A DNA stretch of 64,000 nucleotides from contig CAZWJA010000002.1 of NCBI GenBank assembly GCA_964634445.1, forward strand, positions 9,844 to 73,843, in the 5' to 3' direction. Position numbers and translations under genes: made by a program. This document shows positions 51,078-61,356 of this stretch, piece by piece (position 1 is the stretch's first letter; the number at the start of each line of letters is the position of its first letter). The notes under the pieces were generated by a model. That model did not search any database, was not told the origin of the DNA, and saw only the letters and a list, made by a program, of their open reading frames with translations. The DNA is from an uncultured Candidatus Saccharibacteria bacterium. Its GTDB lineage: Bacteria > Patescibacteriota > Saccharimonadia > Saccharimonadales > AWTP1-31.

Positions 51078-52349
51078 TCAATGCTTTTTTAGATCCATAT
51101 TCCAATTGGGGTTTATCGGCATTGAATATACTTCGTTTTTTTCTAGTCGACTAAATTCTTTAACATGAGATTGAAAATTTTCGTTCTTATAACTACGCAA
51201 TTTCCAATCACTTGTAATACCAAATAACAGTATCAGAGCTAGCACATATCCTAAACCCCTCATATATTTATGTGGAGCTTTAACCGAAATCCAAATAATA
51301 GTTGTAAGCCATGCAAGTATTGGTATATACCAATATCTTTGGCCTCCTGTGGGGTTTGTAAGGCCCTGCCATGCGTTAAACCCAGGAACTGGTTTTAAAG
51401 AAGCTAGCATAGAAAAAATAATACTAAATGCAAATATATAAAAGTATTTTATCCAGGCAGGACCCTTTATGGCGCTATATATCAATATTGATATACCACT
51501 AATGAGTACTATATAAAGCAGGGTGGAGTTACCATAAAAGATATCTACATACTTTTCTCCTAATAGCCCACCCGTAAATATTTGGCCTGATATCATTTTT
51601 ATTAAATAATAAATGCTGGCGTTAGCCTGAGAGCCTGTACGATGATAATCGCTCAAAATAAAGATATTCAATAATTGTGAAAAACATAGAACTAAAATTA
51701 AAACGAGGTTTATGAGTTGATATTTCTTTCTTCCAAAATACCAAATTAAAGCTCCGACCGGAGCTAGCATAATAAGTAGTGGTCCAGCTAAGCCGGTGGC
51801 TATAAGTACAGTTAAATCAAATATTCGCCAGTATATATTTTTTGTTTCATTCGACAAGAGTACCAGGAAGCTTGCCATACCAAGATGCCACTGTATATTA
51901 GTTAGATTTAAAAAGACTTCAGTAGAATTAGGTATAGCTACCAATAAAATACATATTAATAAGGTAAAAACCTTGGATGGAATTTGTTTTGTAAGTCTAC
52001 CGCTTAGCAATATAAATACTGGCATTAATTGGAAACTGAGGGCTACAATATTAAAAAATAATGGCGCCAATTTTAAAGGCAGTAATTGTGATAATATACC
52101 CACAGTTCTATACGTTATTGTCAGATATGAAGCATAGGTCATAATTATGCTTTTAAAACCTAAATTATATGCATCCGCGTACCAAGTTTTACCATCTTCA
52201 GCCCAAAACTGCGGATGAAGAAATGCTTCTGGACGTCGCGTAAATAATATCAATGCGCATAAAAATATGCCAAAAAACACAAACTTATTGTTATACTTGT
52301 CTAACAATTTATCAGCTAATTTTAAGTAACATCGTGCTGAATTAAGCAT
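51078..52349 (-). CDS. Polytopic membrane protein, GT-C-like (inferred)
   Basis: 423 aa with about 11 TM helices. 8-nt overlap with the upstream polytopic gene. Confidence 0.6.
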   Translation of the reverse strand: MLNSARCYLKLADKLLDKYNNKFVFFGIFLCALILFTRRPEAFLHPQFWAEDGKTWYADAYNLGFKSIIMTYASYLTITYRTVGILSQLLPLKLAPLFFNIVALSFQLMPVFILLSGRLTKQIPSKVFTLLICILLVAIPNSTEVFLNLTNIQWHLGMASFLVLLSNETKNIYWRIFDLTVLIATGLAGPLLIMLAPVGALIWYFGRKKYQLINLVLILVLCFSQLLNIFILSDYHRTGSQANASIYYLIKMISGQIFTGGLLGEKYVDIFYGNSTLLYIVLISGISILIYSAIKGPAWIKYFYIFAFSIIFSMLASLKPVPGFNAWQGLTNPTGGQRYWYIPILAWLTTIIWISVKAPHKYMRGLGYVLALILLFGITSDWKLRSYKNENFQSHVKEFSRLEKNEVYSMPINPNWNMDLKKH

Positions 52350-53988
52350 TTAACTGTGGCTTCCGATTGGAATGCAGATAATCAAATGTAATTAGTAATC
52401 CGGCAAGAGAAATCGAACTTAATGCTACAAAACCACCTTTCATTATACCGGTCTCCCAGACAAGCATCACCCAGACAGATAGAAAATAAATAATTTGCAA
52501 ACTTAGTAAATAGTAAATAGCCTTGCCTTTGATGAACGTTAATGAGGCGCTTAATAGAATGAAAAGTATCATAATTGTCGCATATGATCCCGTATGAATT
52601 ACTGTTGAAGTAGGTTGGAACATGGCTAAAACCCATAACGCTATAGAACTAAATGCAACTATTAATAAAAGTTTTCCATGCTTTAAATCTAGTAAAGATT
52701 TAAGCCGTTTCTTTCCATTCTTGGATAATATATAAATCCAGCCAATATTTATTAGTCCTATTCCAATAAAAAGATAATGGAATTCATTACCTCTAATTCG
52801 ACCAGACAGGTCATTTGAATATAATCTAAACGAATTCATATGCCTGCTTCCAAAAAGTGTACCAGTATTAATGGTCTTATTCTTTATAATTGTTTTGTAC
52901 CCAGTATTTTTATATGAATCCGCAATTGCTCTACCTGTACTTCGGCTGTCTAATGTAGTTACACCCGCCACTGACCATTTTACAAGCCTATTGCCCGGAG
53001 GATCGTAGTGACTCGTATAAATCAACCAGGGCCCGCAGATAATTATTGGGAATATTATAAACGGAATTAATGAACGCAAGTTGTTTTTATGACGATATAG
53101 AACAATTAATGCAATCGGAATAATCGTAAATATCACGGCGCTATGTGAAATGAAGCCTAAACTAATTGATACTGCTGAAAGGGACAATATAAACCATGAC
53201 TTTTTTTCAAAAAGCAGAATAGCTGCACCGATTAGGACCAGACTTCCAGCTAATAGTTTTGGCCAAGCAAAGACACTGTTAAAGAAGAAGAAGCCTGAAA
53301 ATACACAGAACCCAAATACTAAGCTAATTTGCTTATTGTTCAATTTAAACCTACGGCCTAGCAACCATACTACTGGAACCCAAATACACTGCAAGATTAC
53401 GGACAATATTAAATAGGCAGTATCACTATTTCTATTCGCCGCAGTAATAGGACTAAGTAATAGAACCATTGCAGCCTGCAGTGGTGGTCTATCACTACCT
53501 TGCCAATCGCCAATTAGCATCTTAGGCTGGTTGTTGTACACATTTTGTGCATAAATTTGAGGAATTAGGTTATCAAAGGTTATTCCACTTATATGACATC
53601 GGTTGTTGATTGGCTGCGGATCACCGGGCTTTACGCACGCAAGCGTAGTAGAAATATAAAAAATACTTACTAAACTCATAATTATTAACGGCATCACAAA
53701 ATCAAATTTATTAATAAGTTTCCACTTGCGTTCTTTGAGTAAATAAAAAATTGAAGTAATAATTAGAGCAAGACTAAAATAACTTAATATCTGACCAAGC
53801 TTATGGCTAATTAAAAAAGTCCAAAAGGTAGCGTATCCCAGCAGGAGCATAGAAATTAGTGCTACAGGGAGGATATATAGATCTGGAATTAACTTCCTTT
53901 TGATTAGCCAAGTTGAAACTGCAAGTCCGGGAATAATAAGCCATGTAAGTTCAAAAATTATTAGAAATAAAGTAATTGTAGTATTCAT
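52342..53988 (-). CDS. Polytopic membrane protein, GT-C/ArnT-like glycosyltransferase (inferred)
   Basis: 548 aa with about 14 TM helices. An early extracytoplasmic loop contains GDWQGSDRPPLQ, and a soluble loop lies around residues 330-400. Confidence 0.6.
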   Translation of the reverse strand: MNTTITLFLIIFELTWLIIPGLAVSTWLIKRKLIPDLYILPVALISMLLLGYATFWTFLISHKLGQILSYFSLALIITSIFYLLKERKWKLINKFDFVMPLIIMSLVSIFYISTTLACVKPGDPQPINNRCHISGITFDNLIPQIYAQNVYNNQPKMLIGDWQGSDRPPLQAAMVLLLSPITAANRNSDTAYLILSVILQCIWVPVVWLLGRRFKLNNKQISLVFGFCVFSGFFFFNSVFAWPKLLAGSLVLIGAAILLFEKKSWFILSLSAVSISLGFISHSAVIFTIIPIALIVLYRHKNNLRSLIPFIIFPIIICGPWLIYTSHYDPPGNRLVKWSVAGVTTLDSRSTGRAIADSYKNTGYKTIIKNKTINTGTLFGSRHMNSFRLYSNDLSGRIRGNEFHYLFIGIGLINIGWIYILSKNGKKRLKSLLDLKHGKLLLIVAFSSIALWVLAMFQPTSTVIHTGSYATIMILFILLSASLTFIKGKAIYYLLSLQIIYFLSVWVMLVWETGIMKGGFVALSSISLAGLLITFDYLHSNRKPQLNA

Positions 53989-53996
53989 GATTAGAC

Positions 53997-55469
53997 TTAT
54001 AGGATACTTAAATTATTAAGAATGAAAAAAGAATATGCAAGTGCTTGGCTTATCATTAAGAAGAAGATACTAGTCAGAATAATATTCTTATTTATCAACA
54101 TCGATTCTCTAATTTTGGCGTTATAAGAAAAAATGGGAATAGTAAGAAGAAGTAGGGGGGTAAAATATCTAGCTTGGATTCCATTAATAACCGTTAGTCC
54201 TACGGGTGTCCAGCTTAAGTAGAGTAGCAATAATATTATAAAAATCATTGTAATAATTAACCCAGTTATAAATACTTTTTCATATATTTTAAAAATGCTT
54301 ACGGATGCTTTAGATTGTTTGATAGTGAAACCTAAGAACAGGGTATATGCTAAAGTTAGCCATAACGGTAGCCAAGCTTCCAAGTTACCCAATGCTAATA
54401 CGTATTGATCTAGCGACGCGCTGCTATTTCCTCTAAATATGGTATCACTTAATGCCCTAATAAATATTTTAGGATGTTGAATTATGGAACTTATTTGATT
54501 AGCTTGATTTACACCTGCAGGCCCGAAAGGAGTTGAAATGGAAGTAGCTTTCATAAGCCATGCTCCACCTACTGCCACACCAATCATACCAAATAAAAAT
54601 ATAGCAATCAATTTAGTTTTTTTACTTTGGCCAAATGTTGTATACGGCACCAAGACAAGCAGTAACAAGCATAAGGGTACCGGGAGTTTCGTGAGAGAAA
54701 TAGCAGCGACAAGTAAACCTAACATAACGAATTGAGTATTTGTTAGTCTTTTATTCATTACCCTTAGCTTTAAAAATACAGCTACAAATAACGCCAAAAG
54801 ACTTGTAGATATTGGATCAGCTGAAAGGGAAGAGGCTAGTAATAAATGCATTGGCAGCAGTCCAACTACAAAGAAAGATCTTTTTCCGACAGGAGCTATT
54901 CTTAATACTAAGTAAAATAATGCCGCATAGAATAATAAATTGAAAAATCTACCAAAATAAAGAAGACCTAAGGTTTGCATACCTAAAATGCGACCAATAA
55001 GAATACCTGTTGCCTGCGGTAAATAAAGGAGAGGATGATAAAGGGCAGTATTATCGAACCGTATAAATACTCGGTCATAAACATTTAGTTTTATTGTAGC
55101 TGGATTACTAATATTTGAATTATGGTAAATCTGTTTTTGGCCTAGATCAATAATCCCTGAAGGGATATCTCCTCCCGTACCTTTAAGTCTGTCCTTATGC
55201 GCACTAAAATTACCTTCAGAAATTTGATATGCGCGCATAAAATGATTAAATTCGTCGGGAACAGATAAAGGCCTTACTAAAAAAATAAATATTGTACCAA
55301 ATATTAATGCGATTATTACGAAATAATTTTCCCAGGAATATAACCTTAGCCGAAGATTTAGTGTCTGTTTTTTATCATTAGTCTTTAGCTTTAGACTCAT
55401 GGTATTCTTTTTCGGCATTAACTTCCCAAAGATTTTCTTTTGTCTTAACTTTATTGATAATGTTTTCAA
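53997..55469 (-). CDS. DUF2142-like polytopic membrane protein (GT-C-like)
   Basis: [17 protein letters not shown] motif in the first external loop, followed by about 11 TM helices. The true start is probably an internal Met (e.g. 55400), because the track ORF overlaps the upstream gene by 92 nt. Confidence 0.7.
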   Translation of the reverse strand: MKTLSIKLRQKKIFGKLMPKKNTMSLKLKTNDKKQTLNLRLRLYSWENYFVIIALIFGTIFIFLVRPLSVPDEFNHFMRAYQISEGNFSAHKDRLKGTGGDIPSGIIDLGQKQIYHNSNISNPATIKLNVYDRVFIRFDNTALYHPLLYLPQATGILIGRILGMQTLGLLYFGRFFNLLFYAALFYLVLRIAPVGKRSFFVVGLLPMHLLLASSLSADPISTSLLALFVAVFLKLRVMNKRLTNTQFVMLGLLVAAISLTKLPVPLCLLLLVLVPYTTFGQSKKTKLIAIFLFGMIGVAVGGAWLMKATSISTPFGPAGVNQANQISSIIQHPKIFIRALSDTIFRGNSSASLDQYVLALGNLEAWLPLWLTLAYTLFLGFTIKQSKASVSIFKIYEKVFITGLIITMIFIILLLLYLSWTPVGLTVINGIQARYFTPLLLLTIPIFSYNAKIRESMLINKNIILTSIFFLMISQALAYSFFILNNLSIL

Positions 55470-56997
55470 CAGCAGTCATAGCTGTAAGCATAGAGTGGTC
55501 TTGGTTATTATATCGGTGCATTCCATTTCTACCTATTAAAAATAGATTTTCAAATTGATTTACGTATTTCTTAAGTTTATCGAATTGGTTGTAGGTTCCA
55601 AAATATGCCGGGTACGTTTTCTTTATATGTATTACTACCCCGTCTAAAACATCCTTAGAATTTATAATGCCTATCTTTTCTAATTCTGTTATTCCAAAAG
55701 CCTGCATTTTTTTATCTGGCAAATTCCATAATTCATCACCTTCGTTCACGAAGTATTCCATACCTATCCAAACATTTTTAGGATTTTTTACTAGATAGGG
55801 ACTCCAGTTATTAAAGACCTGGAGCCGGCCGACTTTTACATCGCGTTCTTGAATATATATCCAGTTGTCGGGTACTAGTTTCCTTATGGTCGGGATATTA
55901 GTCTCATTTTTGATCTTCAGTTTATTTAGTAGTAGTCCAACAGTAATGAAATCTCTATACATAAGTCCATTAGCAATTTTGAACGGAGTAGTAGGGACTT
56001 TGTCGCCTTCAAATGCATTAATTAAGTCTTTCATGGGCATAGTTGAAAAGTAATAATCTGCTTTATGTGTCGATATCTTACCTGTTTTATTATCTTTGAT
56101 TTTAATTGCTACAATTTTATTTCCTTTATTTACAAAGCCTACAGCTTCTTGGTGTAAATGTATCTCAGCACCTTTTTTCTTAATTTTACTTGCTACCACT
56201 TCCCACATTTGCCCAGGTCCAAATTTTGGATACAGGAACCTCTCAATTAAGCTGGTCTCAGTATTTTTTTGCGCTACGTCAGCGGATTTTATTTTAGGAA
56301 GCATTGACTTAAATGCATGCCCCAAAGCTTTAGTAATTGACAATCCTTTTATCCGCTGAGCTCCCCAATCGGCGCTAATTTCTTTACAGTCTATTCCCCA
56401 AACTTTTTCCGTGTAATCCTTAAAAAATGTTAAGTAAAGTTCTTTTCCAAATCTATTTACAAAAAAATCTTCCAAAGAATTTTCATGCTTTATTGGAATA
56501 ATGCGAGCTTTTACGTAGCTAACTCCGCATTTGATAATTCTCCAAAAACCCAAGTTTTTTATAGTTTGCCCATTTAATGCTACCGGGTAATCGAAGAAGC
56601 TTTGAAGATAGTAAATCCGGCTCAATCGGCTACGAATAAGCATTACATTATCTTCCTTTTCAGGATCCGGCCCGTTCGGATTTAAATCTATATTTCTTGT
56701 CTTGCCTTGGTATTTGATTTGTATTTCTTTTTCATCCTTAGCCGGCATGCCTTGAGTAGGCAGAATTTTATCCCACCATTCCATGACACGGTCAGATTTT
56801 GAGAAGAAACGGTGTCCTCCAATATCTATTCGATTACCTTTATACCTTACAGTTTTTGAAATTCCACCTATATCACCTGATTCCTCAAAGATTATTGGTT
56901 TAATATCAGTTTTCTCTAGAAATTCGAAGGCTGCAGTTAGGCCGGCAGGACCCGCGCCGACAATTATTACGGTTTTTTTAGCTTTTGTAGTTGGCAA
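55378..56997 (-). CDS. FAD/NAD(P)-binding oxidoreductase (amine-oxidase/UDP-galactopyranose-mutase-like fold)
   Basis: N-terminal dinucleotide fold [17 protein letters not shown]...FEESGDIGG. 539 aa. Confidence 0.8.
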   Translation of the reverse strand: MPTTKAKKTVIIVGAGPAGLTAAFEFLEKTDIKPIIFEESGDIGGISKTVRYKGNRIDIGGHRFFSKSDRVMEWWDKILPTQGMPAKDEKEIQIKYQGKTRNIDLNPNGPDPEKEDNVMLIRSRLSRIYYLQSFFDYPVALNGQTIKNLGFWRIIKCGVSYVKARIIPIKHENSLEDFFVNRFGKELYLTFFKDYTEKVWGIDCKEISADWGAQRIKGLSITKALGHAFKSMLPKIKSADVAQKNTETSLIERFLYPKFGPGQMWEVVASKIKKKGAEIHLHQEAVGFVNKGNKIVAIKIKDNKTGKISTHKADYYFSTMPMKDLINAFEGDKVPTTPFKIANGLMYRDFITVGLLLNKLKIKNETNIPTIRKLVPDNWIYIQERDVKVGRLQVFNNWSPYLVKNPKNVWIGMEYFVNEGDELWNLPDKKMQAFGITELEKIGIINSKDVLDGVVIHIKKTYPAYFGTYNQFDKLKKYVNQFENLFLIGRNGMHRYNNQDHSMLTAMTAVENIINKVKTKENLWEVNAEKEYHESKAKD

Positions 56998-57079
56998 AAT
57001 TTAAACTCCTGATTTTATTAAAAGTATAGACCAGGTCAACTTAATAATCCTAATATGACAAGTTAAATACAGCAAGTAC

Positions 57080-57751
57080 TTAGATGAGAGGCTTTTTAGT
57101 TTTTTTGCCAATAATAAATGTTTGCTTACCAAATAATATCTGCGCAATCGGAAGCATTAAGTACAAACGAATTAAAAATGGTGTAGCCGGTATACGCGAG
57201 TTAGCTGTATATGGTAAAAATCTAGTTTTCTTAAATATAGTTTCGAAGTTTGTTAAGTGGAAAGCTTCCTCTAAGCTTTTTTCTGTTAAAGGCAAAGTAT
57301 GATCAACATAGTCCCAATATTTATTGCCTACTAATCTAATGTTTGGCTGAAGTACCATAAGCTTACCGCCAGGTTTCAATACCCTATGTACTTCTTTTAA
57401 AGTATCAATTAACTCATTTTTGCTGTCTAAATGCTCAAAGAAGTTGCTTGTAAATACGACATCTACTTTCCCTGATAAAGATTTAGGTAAACTTGTACTT
57501 AAAGCTTGGTATACTTATATGCCTTTTCTGGCTTTTTGTTTGGTTTTAATATTAAGGTCTACGGCTATTTTATTTTTACATTTAATATTATTTATAAATT
57601 CGCAGTATCCAGCTGCTAGGTCCAATACCGTATCGTTTTTTTTGAGAAATTTTTGAAAGTAGTTCTTGCAAAGAATTTTCCACATTACCTCACGCTTAAC
57701 AGAATCTTTGTCGAACCTGTCTGCATAAATGGACAACACATAATCTTTCAT
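57080..57751 (-). pseudogene. Class I SAM-dependent methyltransferase interrupted by a single in-frame TAA
   Basis: Track ORFs 57515-57751 and 57080-57379 are in the same frame. My translation across the gap is ...KARKGI*VYQALSTSLPKSLSGKVDVVFTSNFFEHLDSKNELIDTLKEVHRVLKPGGKLMVLQ. Motif I VLDLAAGYCEF lies upstream of the stop. The TAA is at 57515-57517. Confidence 0.75.
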
Positions 57752-57913
57752 AAAAGTAAATTAATAGTAGCAGATATCAATAACTTATAACAAAATCGCA
57801 AGATAGGTATACTTTATTGATATAAACATTAGTATTAGCTGTCACTATCCTTTTTATTGAATTTCATATGTACCATTACTATTAAAAATACAATAGTCAG
57901 CTGCTAGTGTTTA

Positions 57914-57954
57914 TTGATACAATGATATAAATCATTAATATTTCAAAGAGGGAG
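57914..57954 (+). promoter_or_regulatory. Sigma70-like promoter (TTGATA-16-TAATAT) and SD GAGGGAG upstream of the sugar dehydrogenase gene
   Basis: TTGATA 57914-57919, TAATAT 57936-57941, GAGGGAG 57948-57954, TTG start 57963. Confidence 0.4.
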
Positions 57955-57962
57955 ATTATAAT

Positions 57963-59150
57963 TTGAAATACGATATATGTATCGTCGGAGGTTGTGGTCA
58001 TGTTGGATTGCCGCTTGGTATCGCATTTGCTGACCAAGGTAAAAAAGTTGCGCTATACGATATCAATGAACCTGTAATAGAAAAAGTTAATAAGGGTATC
58101 GTACCTTTTAAAGAAGAAGATGCAGAAGAAGTTCTTCAGCGAGTAGTTAAGTCGGGCGAATTATTGGCTACAAAAGATTCAAAAGTAATCTCCCAATCGG
58201 AAGTCGTAATATTAGTAATTGGAACGCCAGTAGACGACCACCTAAATCCAAAAATCTCAGAGATAATCCGAGCAGTAAAAGAAATTGAAGACAAGCTGAG
58301 CGACAACCAGCTACTGGTAATGAGAAGTACATTGTACCCAGGAGTAACAGAAAAGGTTGCGGCCTACCTGCATAAAAAAGGGAAAAAGACATCAGTTGCC
58401 TTTTGCCCAGAACGCATTGTGGAAGGCAAGGCGCTATCAGAGCTCTATGAACTTCCTCAGATTGTTGCCGGATGTGATGATTTAGCTACTAAGAGAGCTA
58501 CTGCACTTTTCAAAACGTTGACTAAAAAAGTTGTAGTTACCAAACCGGCTGAGGCAGAAATGGCGAAGCTGTTTACAAATACCTGGCGCTATATTAATTT
58601 CGCTATCTCAAACCAGTTTTATATGATTGCAAATTCAAGTGGGCATGACTTCTATAACATCTATAACGCTATGACCGAGGATTATCCACGACTTAAAGCA
58701 TTTGCTAAAGCCGGGTTAGCTGCTGGACCATGCTTATTCAAAGACACGATGCAACTGTCAGCTTTTAGTGGCAATAACTTCTTTCTAGGACACTCGGCTA
58801 TGTTAGTTAACGAAGGATTACCGGCATTCATAATTAGTGAAATGAAGCATAAATATGATTTGTCTAAAATGACTGTCGGTGTACTGGGTATGGCATTCAA
58901 AGGAGACAATGACGATCCCCGTGAAAGCTTGTCTTACAAACTAAAGAAAGGCTTGGAAGTTGAAGCCGACATAGTACTTTGCCATGATCCATATATAAAA
59001 GATCCAAGATTTGTTTCTTTAGATGAGATTAAAAAGAAGGCTGACATTATTGTAGTAGCGACACCACATAGCGATTACAAAAATGAAAAATGGGGTAAAA
59101 AAATAGTAATAGATATGTGGAATTATTATGGTAATGGAGGACTAATTTAA
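57963..59150 (+). CDS. UDP-glucose/GDP-mannose dehydrogenase-family nucleotide-sugar dehydrogenase
   Basis: Rossmann ICIVGGCGHVGLPLG, catalytic-region FCPERIVEG, and C-terminal AFKGDNDDPRES. Confidence 0.9.
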   Translation: MKYDICIVGGCGHVGLPLGIAFADQGKKVALYDINEPVIEKVNKGIVPFKEEDAEEVLQRVVKSGELLATKDSKVISQSEVVILVIGTPVDDHLNPKISEIIRAVKEIEDKLSDNQLLVMRSTLYPGVTEKVAAYLHKKGKKTSVAFCPERIVEGKALSELYELPQIVAGCDDLATKRATALFKTLTKKVVVTKPAEAEMAKLFTNTWRYINFAISNQFYMIANSSGHDFYNIYNAMTEDYPRLKAFAKAGLAAGPCLFKDTMQLSAFSGNNFFLGHSAMLVNEGLPAFIISEMKHKYDLSKMTVGVLGMAFKGDNDDPRESLSYKLKKGLEVEADIVLCHDPYIKDPRFVSLDEIKKKADIIVVATPHSDYKNEKWGKKIVIDMWNYYGNGGLI

Positions 59151-59151
59151 G

Positions 59152-60171
59152 ATGAAAATATTATTTACAGGCGCAGCAGGTTTTATTGCAGGATATGCTA
59201 TAGAAGAATTATTAAACAACGGGCATGAGGTCGTCGGAATAGATAACTTTTCCAAGTACGGTAAATTAGAGAAGAGCTATGACTCTAATCCGAACTACAA
59301 ATTTGTAGAAGGCGATGCCCGTGATCCTGAATTTATGAAGAAAATGGTTGCCGACTGCGACATACTGGTTGCAGCAGCTGCGTTAATCGGGGGAATCTCA
59401 TACTTCCATGAATTAGCCTACGATCTTATCGCCCAGAATGAACGGATTACTGCGGCTGCATTTGATGCTGCTATATGGGCCCATAAAGAAAAGAAGCTAA
59501 AGAAAATTGTCGTTATGTCATCTTCAATGGTTTATGAATCGACAGATATATATCCAACTCCAGAAGGGGCTCAGCTAACCTCTCCGCCGCCGCTGTCGAC
59601 TTACGGATTCCAGAAGTTGGCAACCGAATATTTCGCAAAAGGCGCATCAGAGCAGTACAAGCTTCCGTATACAATTGTCCGACCATTCAACTGCGTCGGT
59701 ATAGGTGAAAAGCGTGCGCTAACTGACAAAGACGTGTTCTCTGGCAACATTAAGCTAGCTATGAGCCATGTAGTGCCTGATCTAGTACAGAAAATTGTAA
59801 AAGGACAAGATCCCCTTCATATTCTTGGCGATGGCACACAAGTCCGTCACTATACCTACGGTGCTGATTTAGCTCGAGGTATTAGGCTTTGTATAGAAAG
59901 CGACAAGGCACTAAACGAAGACTTCAATATCTCAACTGCAGAATCTACAACCGTATTAGATCTTGCAGAAATAATTTGGAAAAAAGTAAACGGCGACAAG
60001 CCATTCAAATACGTTTCTGATGAACCTTTTGCTCACGACGTTAAAAAACGCGTACCTGACGTAACTAAAGCTAAAAAAGTTCTTGGTTTTTCTGCTGATA
60101 CAAAACTCGACACTATGTTGGATGAAGTTATTCCATGGATTACTGAACAGGTCAAACATGGAAATATCTAG
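59152..60171 (+). CDS. NAD-dependent nucleotide-sugar epimerase/dehydratase (SDR)
   Basis: ILFTGAAGFIAGY (GxxGxxG) and YGFQK (YxxxK). Confidence 0.9.
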   Translation: MKILFTGAAGFIAGYAIEELLNNGHEVVGIDNFSKYGKLEKSYDSNPNYKFVEGDARDPEFMKKMVADCDILVAAAALIGGISYFHELAYDLIAQNERITAAAFDAAIWAHKEKKLKKIVVMSSSMVYESTDIYPTPEGAQLTSPPPLSTYGFQKLATEYFAKGASEQYKLPYTIVRPFNCVGIGEKRALTDKDVFSGNIKLAMSHVVPDLVQKIVKGQDPLHILGDGTQVRHYTYGADLARGIRLCIESDKALNEDFNISTAESTTVLDLAEIIWKKVNGDKPFKYVSDEPFAHDVKKRVPDVTKAKKVLGFSADTKLDTMLDEVIPWITEQVKHGNI

Positions 60172-60900
60172 ATGGTCAAAAGAAGAAGCAAAATAAACAA
60201 ACTAAGCATTGTAATTCCGGTATTCAATGAAGATAAGAACTTCCCAAATACTTATAAAGCAGTAAAAGAACATATAAAAATTCCGAATGAAATGCTTGTA
60301 GTGTATGATTTCGATGAAGATACGACAGTACCAGTAGTTAATAAGTTGATGAAGAAGGATCCTAGCCTTAAGCTTGTCAAAAACAACTTAGGACGGGGAC
60401 CTTTAAATGCCTTAAAAGAAGGCTTTGCAGCAGTCAAAAGTGGACCTATTCTTGTAATTATGGCAGACTTGTCGGATGACCTTAACGATGTGGAAGCAAT
60501 GGTTGAGCTATATAACAATGGTGCGGATATTGTTTGCGGCAGCCGCTATATGAAAGGAGGCAAGCAATACGGCGGACCACTAATTAAGCGCACTTTAGCA
60601 AGGCTCGCTGGCACAAGCTTACATTATATCCGGGGCATACCTACTCATGACGTAACAAACAACTTCAAACTTTACGACAGCGATTTCTTAAGAAGTATTA
60701 AAATAGACAGCCAAAAAGGTTTCTGCGTAGCTATGGAAATTACTGTCAAAGGCTTCTTGAGCGGTCGAAAAATTGCTGAAGTGCCTACTACCTGGAGCGA
60801 CCGAACAGAAGGGGAAGCAAACTTCAAATTGTGGAGCTGGCTGCCCGAATACTTGCGCTGGTATATAATTGCTTTTACACATAGAAAGCAAAAAGCCTAA
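60172..60900 (+). CDS. Family 2 glycosyltransferase, polyprenol-phosphate sugar synthase type (GtrB/DPM1-like)
   Basis: LSIVIPVFNEDKNF and IMADLSDD motifs. 242 aa. Adjacent to a GtrA-family gene. Confidence 0.8.
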   Translation: MVKRRSKINKLSIVIPVFNEDKNFPNTYKAVKEHIKIPNEMLVVYDFDEDTTVPVVNKLMKKDPSLKLVKNNLGRGPLNALKEGFAAVKSGPILVIMADLSDDLNDVEAMVELYNNGADIVCGSRYMKGGKQYGGPLIKRTLARLAGTSLHYIRGIPTHDVTNNFKLYDSDFLRSIKIDSQKGFCVAMEITVKGFLSGRKIAEVPTTWSDRTEGEANFKLWSWLPEYLRWYIIAFTHRKQKA

Positions 60901-60927
60901 ACTAGAAAAGTTTAGTCTAGTAGCCTT

Positions 60928-61356
60928 CTAAGCTTGTTCTAGCGGTTTTTTGTTTTGCCCGAATATAACATTTTTGTAAATCGGATAAGTCCAAAACGTC
61001 TGTAATATAACAACAATTGGCTTAGCTATTGCATAGCTGATATGTCGACTGAATAAGCTCATTGAAATAACAGTGAAAAGATAATTAAATACTAGCAGTA
61101 TTCCATAGGCCGCAATATGCTGATGCAACTTCTTGTTTTCACTGGCGCTAAATGTCCACCACCGGTTCATGCTGAAATTAAATGTTACAGACAGCCAGTA
61201 GGCTATCGATGTTGCAAATTTTAACCCCATATTTAAATGACCGTGCAGGATTACAAGAGTACCAAAATCAATTACAAAAGTGCTACCACCAACAAACAAG
61301 TATCTAATAAAGTGATGATTGTACAAAAAATTGATCTGTTTTTTTATTTTTTCCAT
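60928..61356 (-). CDS. GtrA-family membrane protein
   Basis: 142 aa with four TM helices. N-terminal FIRYLFVGGSTFVIDFGTL signature. Confidence 0.85.
   Translation of the reverse strand: MEKIKKQINFLYNHHFIRYLFVGGSTFVIDFGTLVILHGHLNMGLKFATSIAYWLSVTFNFSMNRWWTFSASENKKLHQHIAAYGILLVFNYLFTVISMSLFSRHISYAIAKPIVVILQTFWTYPIYKNVIFGQNKKPLEQA

Noticed and set aside
57515-57517. Possibility that the in-frame TAA reflects stop-codon reassignment (alternative genetic code)
   Set aside because: TAA terminates many strongly supported genes in this window (e.g. xfp, virB4, hsp20 region genes). TGA (e.g. 2173-2175) and TAG (rpmH, the 1074-aa gene) are also used as stops. The window therefore fits the standard bacterial code, not code 25 or another recoded scheme.
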